A stretch of 64,000 nt of DNA, from assembly GCA_963667785.2 (NCBI GenBank), contig CAXXMU010000006.1, positions 320,001-384,000 of the forward strand, given 5' to 3'. The translations under genes were made by a program, and so were the position numbers. Under the pieces are notes generated by a model. That model ran no database searches, was not told the origin of the DNA, and saw only the letters and a program-made list of their open reading frames with translations. Positions 56,380 to 64,000 of this stretch are shown piece after piece (within the stretch, counting starts at the first letter, position 1; each line of letters begins with the position of its first letter). This DNA comes from Alphaproteobacteria bacterium (GTDB taxonomy: Bacteria > Pseudomonadota > Alphaproteobacteria > UBA828).

Positions 56380-58764
56380 TCATGCGCACTTCGAGTAGCC
56401 GCAGGAGGGGCACAGGTCGCAGCCTTCGCGATGCAGCAGGCCGGGCTGTCCGCAGCGCACGCAGAGCCGCGGCGGCGCCCCCTGCACGCCCTCGCCGTCA
56501 GCCGCCTCCGGGGCCGGCAGGGCGGCCCCGGCCTCCGGCGGCGCGAGCGCGCCGATGCTGACGAGATGCCGCTCGATCACGCTGCCGATGGCGGCGAGGA
56601 TGGAGGGCACGTAGTGGCCGCCCATCCACTGGCCGCCGCGCGGGTCGAACACCGCCTTGAGCTCGTCGACGATGAACGACACGTCGCCGCCCCGGCGAAA
56701 GACGGCGCTGATCATCCGCGTCAGCGCCACCGTCCAGGCATAGTGCTCGGTGTTCTTCGAGTTGATGAAGATCTCGAAGGGCTGCCGCCGCCCGTCGCGG
56801 ACGACGTCGTTGATGGTGATGTAGATGGCGTGGTCGCTCTCCGGCCAGCGGATCTTGTAGGTGCTGCCCTGCAGCGCCTCCGGCCGCTCCAGCGGCTGGG
56901 TCATGTGGATCACGGCGCCGGCTTCGTAGGCATCCTCGGGCCGCGCCGGCGGCGACTCGAGCGGCAGCTCGCTCTGCCGGGCGAGCGGCAGGATCTCGGC
57001 CGTCCTCGCCGCCGGCCCAGCGGACTCCTCCTCGGCCGCGGCGGCGCCCTCGCTCCCCGTCGCGTCGCCGCGCGCGGTCTCCAGCACCGCGCCCGTCACC
57101 GGATTGGGCCGGTAGGTCGTGCATCCCTTGCAGCCGAGATCGAAGGCCTGCATGTAGACCTCCCTGAAGTCGTCGAACGCCATCTCCTCCGGGCAGTTGA
57201 TGGTCTTCGAGATGGAGCTGTCGACGAAGGCCTGCGCCTGCGCCTGGACGGCGAGGTGATCGGCCGGGCGGAGCGACTGGGCATCGACGAAGTAGTCGGG
57301 CAGTTGCGCCGCCTCGCCCTTCAGCCGGCGATAGAGCAGGTAGGCGTGGTCGTCTACGGTCTCCGCGCGGCGCGTGCCGTCGGGCATGAGCACGTTGCGC
57401 GTGTAGGAATAGCTGAACACCGGCTCGATGCCGGACGAGACATTGCCCGCGAGCAGCGAAATCGTGCCGGTCGGCGCCACCGAGGTGAGCAGCGCATTGC
57501 GCACGCCCGATTCGGCGATCGCCGCGCGCACATCGTCGTCGAGGCGCCGGACGGTCGGGCTCTCCGCATAGCGCGCGGCATCGTAGAGGGGAAAGGGTCC
57601 CTTCTCCGCCGCAAGACGCGCGGACGCCAGATAGGCCGCCCGCTGCAGGGTGCGCATCCACTGCTCGATCAGCACGCCCGCCGCGTCGCTGCCGTAGCGG
57701 GCCCGGCACATGATGAGGGCGTCGGCGAGCCCGGTGACGCCGAGCCCGATGCGGCGCTTGGCCGTCGCTTCCTCCTGCTGCGCCGCGATCGGGAAGCGTG
57801 AGCAGTCGATCGCGTTGTCGAGCATCCTGACAGCGGTCGCGGCCAGCGCCTGCAGGGCCGCCGTGTCGAGGGTCGCGTCCTTCTCGAACGGCTCTCTCAC
57901 CAGGCTCGCCAGGTTGATCGACCCCAGAAGGCAGGCGCCATAGGGCGGAAGCGGCTGCTCGCCGCAGGGATTGGTGGCGAAGATCTCCTCGCAGTAGGCG
58001 AGGTTGTTGGCCTGATTGATGCGGTCGATGAAGATCACTCCGGGCTCGGCGTAGGCGTAGGTCGAGCGGATGATCCGCTCCCAGAGCGCGCGCGCGGACA
58101 CGGTGCGGTAGACGACTCCGTCGAAGGCGAGCTCCCAGGGAGCGTTGTCCTTGACCGCCTGCATGAAGGCATCGCTCACCAGCACCGAGAGGTTGAACAT
58201 GCGCAGCCGACCGGGGTCGCGCTTCGCCTCGATGAAGGCCTCGATATCGGGATGGTCGCAGCGCAGGCACCCCATCATCGCGCCGCGGCGAAAGCCCGCG
58301 CTCATGATCGTCCTGCACATCGCGTCCCAGACATCCATGAAGGGCAGCGGGCCCGAGGCATCGGCGCCGACTCCCTTGACCGGCGCCCCCTTGGGCCGGA
58401 GGGTGGAGAAGTCGTAGCCGATGCCGCCGCCCTGCTGCATGGTCAGCGCGGCTTCCTTCAGGTGCTGGAAGATCGCCGACATGTCGTCGCCGATCCGCCC
58501 CATCACGAAGCAGTTGAAGAGCGTGACCTGGCGATCGGCCCCGGCGCCGGCGAGGATGCGGCCCGCCGGCAGGAACTTGAACCCTTCGAGGGCGTCGTAG
58601 AACGCGGGCTCCCAGCGCGCGGGCTCCGCCTCGACCGAGGCGAGCGCCCGCGCCACCCGGCGCCAGCTGTCCTCGATCGTGCCGTCGACGGGCGTGCCGT
58701 CCGGCGCCTTCAGGCGGTACTTCATGTCCCAGATCCGGGACGAGATCGGCAGCATGTCGGTCAT
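56380..58764 (-). CDS. nrdJ: Adenosylcobalamin-dependent (class II) ribonucleotide reductase
   Basis: TLFNCF, GGGIG, TNPCGEQ, APTGTIS, SKTIN, KGCTTYR; C-terminal domain with zinc ribbon. Confidence 0.95.
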   Translation of the reverse strand: MTDMLPISSRIWDMKYRLKAPDGTPVDGTIEDSWRRVARALASVEAEPARWEPAFYDALEGFKFLPAGRILAGAGADRQVTLFNCFVMGRIGDDMSAIFQHLKEAALTMQQGGGIGYDFSTLRPKGAPVKGVGADASGPLPFMDVWDAMCRTIMSAGFRRGAMMGCLRCDHPDIEAFIEAKRDPGRLRMFNLSVLVSDAFMQAVKDNAPWELAFDGVVYRTVSARALWERIIRSTYAYAEPGVIFIDRINQANNLAYCEEIFATNPCGEQPLPPYGACLLGSINLASLVREPFEKDATLDTAALQALAATAVRMLDNAIDCSRFPIAAQQEEATAKRRIGLGVTGLADALIMCRARYGSDAAGVLIEQWMRTLQRAAYLASARLAAEKGPFPLYDAARYAESPTVRRLDDDVRAAIAESGVRNALLTSVAPTGTISLLAGNVSSGIEPVFSYSYTRNVLMPDGTRRAETVDDHAYLLYRRLKGEAAQLPDYFVDAQSLRPADHLAVQAQAQAFVDSSISKTINCPEEMAFDDFREVYMQAFDLGCKGCTTYRPNPVTGAVLETARGDATGSEGAAAAEEESAGPAARTAEILPLARQSELPLESPPARPEDAYEAGAVIHMTQPLERPEALQGSTYKIRWPESDHAIYITINDVVRDGRRQPFEIFINSKNTEHYAWTVALTRMISAVFRRGGDVSFIVDELKAVFDPRGGQWMGGHYVPSILAAIGSVIERHLVSIGALAPPEAGAALPAPEAADGEGVQGAPPRLCVRCGQPGLLHREGCDLCPSCGYSKCA

Positions 58765-58864
58765 GGCCGGCCCGGCGCGCCTGCGTGCGCCGCCATCCCC
58801 CCGTCGTGCCCGATTGTTCGCTTTTTGTTTCCCACGCTGCACACTCTACCGCTGACGCGCCCTT

Positions 58865-58880
58865 CATACAATATAGTGCG
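58865..58880. promoter_or_regulatory. Candidate NrdR box
   Basis: CATACAATATAGTG in the only AT-rich patch upstream of nrdJ; right half matches the acaCwAtATaTwGtg consensus. Confidence 0.5.
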
Positions 58881-58918
58881 ACCGCGCGACGAACAGGCCG
58901 GCAGCGGGAGCGGGAGGC

Positions 58919-59707
58919 CTATCCCCCGCCGGCCGCGGCCGTGCTGCCAGGCTGCGCGGAGTCCTCGGCCGGAGCGCCGTAGAGCTCCGCGAACAATCTG
59001 TGCGAGGCCTCCTCCATCGTCGATTCGAGGCGTTCCATGAACTCGCGCCTGGGCAGACCGGCCGGTATCGGCGGCAGATACTCCATGACGATGGTCCCGG
59101 GATAGCGCCTGAAGGAGCCCTTGGGCCAGTGCATGCCGGAATTGAGGACGACCGGGACCACGGGCACGTCGAGCGCGCCGTAGAGCGCGGCGACGCCGGG
59201 CCGGTAGGGCAGCTTCGCCCCCGGCCTGACCCGGGTTCCCTCGGGGAAGATGACGACCGGCCGGCCGCGGGCCACCGCCTTCTGCGCACCCTTGACGAGC
59301 GCCCGCAGCGACTTGGCGCCGCCGTGGCGGTCGACGAAGATCATGTTCACCTTGGCGGAGAACCAGCCGTAGCCGGGAACGTAGGAGAGCTCCTTCTTGA
59401 TGACGTAGGCCGGGTCGTCGAGCTCGTGCAGGAAGACGTGGGCTTCCCACTCCGACTGGTGCTTGGAGGCGATGATCGCAGGCCCGGAGGGCCTATGCTG
59501 GCGGTTGCGGATCTCGGAACGGACGCCCGCGATGATCCGGAGCAGCACGCCGTTGCCCGCCGACCAGGTGATCACGAATTGGCGGAAGAGCGGGCGCGGC
59601 AGCAGCAGCGCCGGCACCATGACGGTGCCGATCATCACCCCCCAGGTGTAGAACGCGACCGTGCAGAGCGCGGAGCGCAGCGTGTTCCCCAAGGTGTGCG
59701 ACGGCAC
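58919..59707 (-). CDS. plsC: 1-acyl-sn-glycerol-3-phosphate acyltransferase
   Basis: KHQSEWE, FVDR, FPEGTR; start uncertain (GTG 59707 or TTG 59692). Confidence 0.85.
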   Translation of the reverse strand: MPSHTLGNTLRSALCTVAFYTWGVMIGTVMVPALLLPRPLFRQFVITWSAGNGVLLRIIAGVRSEIRNRQHRPSGPAIIASKHQSEWEAHVFLHELDDPAYVIKKELSYVPGYGWFSAKVNMIFVDRHGGAKSLRALVKGAQKAVARGRPVVIFPEGTRVRPGAKLPYRPGVAALYGALDVPVVPVVLNSGMHWPKGSFRRYPGTIVMEYLPPIPAGLPRREFMERLESTMEEASHRLFAELYGAPAEDSAQPGSTAAAGGG

Positions 59708-60321
59708 GTGCCGAAACCCAACGTCCGGCGCGCCAGCGTCCACAGATACTTGGTGAACTCGCTCGCGATCAGGCCCGCGGTCCCGCGATAACGCCACCAA
59801 TGCTCGACCTTGACGTGTTCCGGAAACACAGGATGTGCCACGAGGGTAGCACTTGGCATGGCGCTGCGGAACTCCATCATCGCCCGCTTCATGTGATAGC
59901 CGCTGGTGACGAGACGCAGGCTGGAGAAGGAGTGGCTCTGCATCCATGCCGCCGCCTCCCGCGCGTTCGCGGCGGTGTCGTCCGCCTCGTAGCCGAGCTC
60001 CACGCAGCAGGCCCAGAGCGCGGGATCGTGGCGCTCGCTCAGCTCGGCGTGCTCGACGCCCTCGCCCACACCGGTCACGAAGAGTATCTGCGCGAGGCCG
60101 CCCTCGAGCAGGCGCATCCCCTCCTCCAGCCTGCCGGAGCCGCCGGTCGGCACGACGATGGCCTCGGTGGCGAGCGCCGGCCGCTCGGGTCCCTGGCGCG
60201 ATGCCTCCGCGAACCAGGCGAGACCGCCGGACCAGAGCAGGGCTAGCAGCGCGACTGCCGCGAGCGCCGCCTGCAGGGTGCGGAGCGCGCCGCGGCGGGC
60301 GGAGAGGCCCGGGCCGGCCAT
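59635..60321 (-). CDS. YdcF/DUF218 family protein
   Basis: IVVPTGGSGR, TAANA, LVTSGYHMKRA, EFTKY. Confidence 0.85.
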   Translation of the reverse strand: MAGPGLSARRGALRTLQAALAAVALLALLWSGGLAWFAEASRQGPERPALATEAIVVPTGGSGRLEEGMRLLEGGLAQILFVTGVGEGVEHAELSERHDPALWACCVELGYEADDTAANAREAAAWMQSHSFSSLRLVTSGYHMKRAMMEFRSAMPSATLVAHPVFPEHVKVEHWWRYRGTAGLIASEFTKYLWTLARRTLGFGTCRRTPWGTRCAPRSARSRSTPGG

Positions 60322-60481
60322 GTCAGGCGGCCCTCCCGGCTGCCGGCTGGCGCCGGATGCGCACGCACGCCCGTCCCTCGCCCGGCCGCGCAGGCTTGAC
60401 AGGGCAGGTCACAAGGTGACTTGGTCTCAGTGCCCGCATGACGGGCCTCGTCGCTGAGAGAAGGCGCCTCCCCGCATCCCG

Positions 60482-61102
60482 ATGATCATACGCTGCTCCG
60501 CCTGCGACACGCGCTATCGGATCGACCCGACCGAACTCGGTATCTCCGGCCGAAAGCTGCGCTGCACGCGCTGCGGTCATCTCTGGCTCGAGCTGCCCTC
60601 GGCCGGTGGGGCCGCATTGTCCGGGGCGCCGCAGCAGGCACAGGCGACGCGCCGGAGCTGGTCCGACGGAGCCGGCTGGTTCGTAGCGGGCCTCGTCATC
60701 GCTGTCGTCGTCGCCGGGCTCGCGCTCGCGCGCAACGGGATCGTCGCCGCGTGGCCGGACACGGTGCAGCACTACGATTTCGTCGGTCTCTCGATCGCGA
60801 CTCCGCTCGCCGACGGGCTCCGCGTCACGGACGTCCGGTCCGAGCGCGTGAAGGACGGCGACAGGACGGTCCTGCTCCTGCAGGGTACTGTCGAGAACAT
60901 CATCGGATCGAGTCGCACCGTGCCCCCTCTGCGGGCGGTGCTCACCGCCGAGGACGGCGCGGAGCTGCAGCACTGGCGGGTGGCGCCGGTTGCGCGCGTC
61001 CTGGACGGCGGGGATTCGACGGCGTTCGTCAGCTGGCTCGCGGACCCGCCCGAAGCTGCGACGCGGGTGTCGGTCGACTTCCTCGCGGACGAGCCGGGAT
61101 AG
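60482..61102 (+). CDS. MJ0042-type zinc-ribbon / DUF3426-like membrane protein
   Basis: CSAC...RKLRCTRCGHLW, TM helix, WP..Y...G motif. Confidence 0.85.
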   Translation: MIIRCSACDTRYRIDPTELGISGRKLRCTRCGHLWLELPSAGGAALSGAPQQAQATRRSWSDGAGWFVAGLVIAVVVAGLALARNGIVAAWPDTVQHYDFVGLSIATPLADGLRVTDVRSERVKDGDRTVLLLQGTVENIIGSSRTVPPLRAVLTAEDGAELQHWRVAPVARVLDGGDSTAFVSWLADPPEAATRVSVDFLADEPG

Positions 61103-61125
61103 CCCGCGGCGGAGCGGACCCTCTC

Positions 61126-62394
61126 TCAGGCGAGCCAGGGCGGGACCACATCGCGCGCCAGCAGCGCCTCGTGGTCCTGGCGCGGCCGGACAGGAGCGAG
61201 GGCATCGCCCCGCACCATGACCTCGGCGGGCAGCGGGCGCCCGTTGTAGGTGGATGCCATGACGGCGCCGTAGGCGCCCACGTCGCGCACCGCCAGCAGG
61301 TCGCCGGCCGCGAGCGGCGGCAGCCTGCGCCCGCGACCCAGCACGTCCCCGCTCTCGCAGACCGGCCCGGCGATGTCGGTCTCCACCGTGGCACCGCCCG
61401 GCGCGGGCTCGACCACCGGGTCTATGGCGTGCCAGGCGTCGTAGAGCGCAGGGCGGAGCAGATCGTTCATGGCGGCGTCGACGATCGCCCAGCGCCGCTC
61501 GCCGGCCTGCTTGACCGCGATCACGCGGGTGAGCAGCACACCTGCCGGCGCCACCAGCCAGCGCCCCGGCTCGATCACCACCGTCACGCCGAGCCGCTGG
61601 CGGACCCGCTCGACCAGCAGGCCGTAGGCGGCGACATCGGGCGGCGTCTCGTCCCGGTAGCGCACGCCGAGCCCGCCGCCGAGGTTGACCCGCGTCACCG
61701 GGTGGCCCGCCGCCCGCAGGCCTTCCACCAGGTCGATCAGCCGCTCGTAGGCGGCCTCGAAGGGCGCGAGCCGTGAGAGCTGCGAGCCGATATGCACGGC
61801 GAGGCCGAGAGGCTCGATCCCTTCCAGCGCGGCGGCATGCGCGTAGAGCGCCGGAATCTCCGCGTCGTCGATCCCGAACTTGTCGCCGCGCCGGCCGGTG
61901 GCGATCTTCTCGTGGGTCCCGGCATCGACGTCGGGGTTGACCCGCAGCGCGACCGGCGCCTTCGTGCCCTGGGCGCCGGCGGCCGCATCGAGCGCGTCGA
62001 GTTCGGCCGGCGATTCGACGTTGAACTGCCCGATCCCGGCGGCAAGCGCCTGGTCCATCTCGTCCCGCGTCTTGCCGGGGCCGGCGAAGACCAGCCGCTC
62101 CGGCGCCACGCCGGCCCGGAGCGCGCCATGCATCTCGCCGCCCGAGATGATGTCGGCCCCGGCGCCGAGGCGGGCGAAGGTGCGGATCACCGCAACCGCG
62201 TCGTTCGCCTTGACCGCGTAGCAGATGAGCGCGCCCGGCGCCGCCTCGGCCAGGGCCCGGTAGCGGTCGACCAGCAGCGCATTGGCGTAGCAGTAGGTGG
62301 GCGTACCGAAGCGCGCGGCGACCGCCGGCAACGAGACTCCCTCGGCGTGCAGGACGCGGGCGCCGTTCTCCTCGCGATAGGCGAAGGCCTCCAC
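61126..62394 (-). CDS. lysA: Diaminopimelate decarboxylase
   Basis: YAVKAN, HIGSQ, GGG, EPGR, GPVCESGD, GAYG. Confidence 0.96.
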   Translation of the reverse strand: MEAFAYREENGARVLHAEGVSLPAVAARFGTPTYCYANALLVDRYRALAEAAPGALICYAVKANDAVAVIRTFARLGAGADIISGGEMHGALRAGVAPERLVFAGPGKTRDEMDQALAAGIGQFNVESPAELDALDAAAGAQGTKAPVALRVNPDVDAGTHEKIATGRRGDKFGIDDAEIPALYAHAAALEGIEPLGLAVHIGSQLSRLAPFEAAYERLIDLVEGLRAAGHPVTRVNLGGGLGVRYRDETPPDVAAYGLLVERVRQRLGVTVVIEPGRWLVAPAGVLLTRVIAVKQAGERRWAIVDAAMNDLLRPALYDAWHAIDPVVEPAPGGATVETDIAGPVCESGDVLGRGRRLPPLAAGDLLAVRDVGAYGAVMASTYNGRPLPAEVMVRGDALAPVRPRQDHEALLARDVVPPWLA

Positions 62395-62406
62395 GGCAGG
62401 CGTCCC

Positions 62407-62547
62407 TCAGCCCGCCGGCAGCCCGAGCTCGATCCGGGCTTCGGCAGGGGGCGGCTCGAGCGGCCCCTTCCTGCCGCAGCTGGACAGCGCCACGACCAGG
62501 CCGATCGCGGCAATGATCGTCATCAGCAGGCTGAGTTTGCGGATCAT
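62407..62547 (-). CDS. Small lipoprotein (LptM/YifL-like)
   Basis: 46 aa, lipobox LSS-C followed by GRKGPLEPP; conserved argH-lipoprotein-lysA position. Confidence 0.8.
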   Translation of the reverse strand: MIRKLSLLMTIIAAIGLVVALSSCGRKGPLEPPPAEARIELGLPAG

Positions 62548-62600
62548 GTGAGCGGCCCCTCCGAGCGGCCTCCCTGCCCCTGCCGGCGCGAACGTGCCTC

Positions 62601-63995
62601 TTACAGGAAACGCTGGCGGGCGCGGGCAATCTGCTTCGCGACCTCGCTGGGCGCGGTGCCACCCTCGCTGGTGCGGCGCGCGATCGCCCGTGCGGGGTCG
62701 AGCAGCGCCAGCGCGTCTGCCGTGATGCGCGGCTCGATGGCCTGCAGGTCGTCGAGCGCCAGGTCCTTGAGATCGCAGCCGCTCTCGTCGGCGTGCTTCA
62801 CCACCCGTCCGGTGATGGCGTGCGCCTCGCGGAACGGCAGCCCCGCCTCCTGCACCAGCCAGTCGGCGAGATCGGTCGCGGTCGCGTGGCCGGTGCCGGC
62901 GGCGCGCGCCATCGCACCCTCGTGCACGGTCATGTCGCGCACCATCCCGGTCGCGGCCGCGAGGCAAAGCTCGAGGGAATCGAAGGCATTGAAGAGAGGC
63001 TCCTTGTCCTCCTGCATGTCCTTCGAGTAGGTCAGCGCGAGGCCCTTCATCACCGTGAGCAGAGCGATCAGCGCGCCAACGATGCGCCCGGACTTGCCGC
63101 GCACCAGCTCGGCGGCGTCCGGATTGCGCTTCTGCGGCATGATCGAGCTGCCGGTCGAGAAGCGGTCGGAGAGCGTGATGAAGCCGAACTGCGCGCTCGA
63201 CCAGAGGACCAGCTCCTCGGCGAGGCGCGACAAGTGCGTGGCGATCAGCGCGGCCGCCGCGAGCGCCTCGATCACGAAGTCGCGGTCCGAGACGGCGTCG
63301 ATGGAGTTGGCCGCGGGCCGGTCGAAGCCGAGCTGCTCGGCGGTCATGGCACGGTCGATGGGGTACGAGGTGCCGGCGAGCGCGGCGGCGCCGAGCGGCG
63401 ATTCGTTGAGCCGCCGGCGGCAGTCCGCAAGCCGCCCGCGGTCGCGCCCGATCATCTCCACGTAGGCGAGCAGGTGATGGCCGAGGGAGATCGGCTGGGC
63501 GACCTGGAGGTGGGTGAAGCCGGGCATGACGGTGGCCGCGTGCTCCTCGGCCCGGTCGACGAACGCGGCCTGCAGGCCCCGGCACGCCTCGTCGGCGCGG
63601 TCGAGGCTCGCGCGCAACCACAGCCTGAGGTCGGTCGCCACCTGATCGTTGCGCGAGCGCGCGGTATGCAGACGACCCGCCGCCGGGCCGATCAGCGCCG
63701 CCAGCCGGGCCTCGACGTTCATGTGGATGTCCTCGAGGCCGCGGTCGAAGGGAAAGCCGCCGGCCTCGATCTCGGCGCGCACCCGGTCGAGGCCGCCCAC
63801 GATCGCGTCTGCGTCCTCCCGCGTCACGATGCCCTGCTTCGCCAGCATGGTCACGTGGGCGATCGAGCCCTCGATGTCCTCGGCATAGAGCCTGCGGTCG
63901 AAGTCGACCGACGCGTTGATCGCCTCCATCACCGCGTCCGGCGACGACGAGAAGCGGCCGCCCCACATGCGGTTGGGGGCGTCGCCATCGTCCAC
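62601..63995 (-). CDS. argH: Argininosuccinate lyase
   Basis: [33 protein letters not shown]. Confidence 0.97.
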   Translation of the reverse strand: MDDGDAPNRMWGGRFSSSPDAVMEAINASVDFDRRLYAEDIEGSIAHVTMLAKQGIVTREDADAIVGGLDRVRAEIEAGGFPFDRGLEDIHMNVEARLAALIGPAAGRLHTARSRNDQVATDLRLWLRASLDRADEACRGLQAAFVDRAEEHAATVMPGFTHLQVAQPISLGHHLLAYVEMIGRDRGRLADCRRRLNESPLGAAALAGTSYPIDRAMTAEQLGFDRPAANSIDAVSDRDFVIEALAAAALIATHLSRLAEELVLWSSAQFGFITLSDRFSTGSSIMPQKRNPDAAELVRGKSGRIVGALIALLTVMKGLALTYSKDMQEDKEPLFNAFDSLELCLAAATGMVRDMTVHEGAMARAAGTGHATATDLADWLVQEAGLPFREAHAITGRVVKHADESGCDLKDLALDDLQAIEPRITADALALLDPARAIARRTSEGGTAPSEVAKQIARARQRFL

Positions 63996-64000
63996 CTCGG

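Noticed and set aside
56380-58764. Possible intein or insertion in nrdJ (Ala/Glu-rich stretch)
   Set aside because: No intein splice motifs; it is a linker before the usual C-terminal domain.

Overview
High-GC alphaproteobacterial chromosome segment in two parts. (1) About 0.1-20.1 kb is an accessory RiPP (proteusin/NHLP) biosynthetic island, with an IS21 transposase scar at its left edge. The precursor has a 78-aa NHLP leader and the core LCCCW. With it are a fused E1-like/YcaO cyclodehydratase and a flavin-dependent Trp-halogenase-family enzyme; this trio matches, from memory, the sponge-microbiome srp (SrpE/SrpC/SrpI) clusters. The island also carries three unusual tailoring genes: an AlkB-type di-iron enzyme fused to a degenerate GlnE half, a class II terpene-cyclase-like enzyme with its own complete NHLP leader and GG site, and a putative peptide prenyltransferase. 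Two export modules are present: NHLP ABC/PCAT transporters with a shortened HlyD, and an MMPL + LolA-like + outer-membrane barrel set. Together these suggest a halogenated, thiazoline-containing peptide-terpenoid hybrid (inference). (2) About 20.2-64 kb is mostly housekeeping: str-S10-spc ribosomal superoperon ending at adk, purD, Arg/Leu transferase, TRAP transporter, bioBA, kdsD-lptCAB, hydantoinase A/B, dusA, nrdJ, plsC, lysA and argH, plus one MITE/REP-like repeat. All calls come from reading motifs; no database searches were run.
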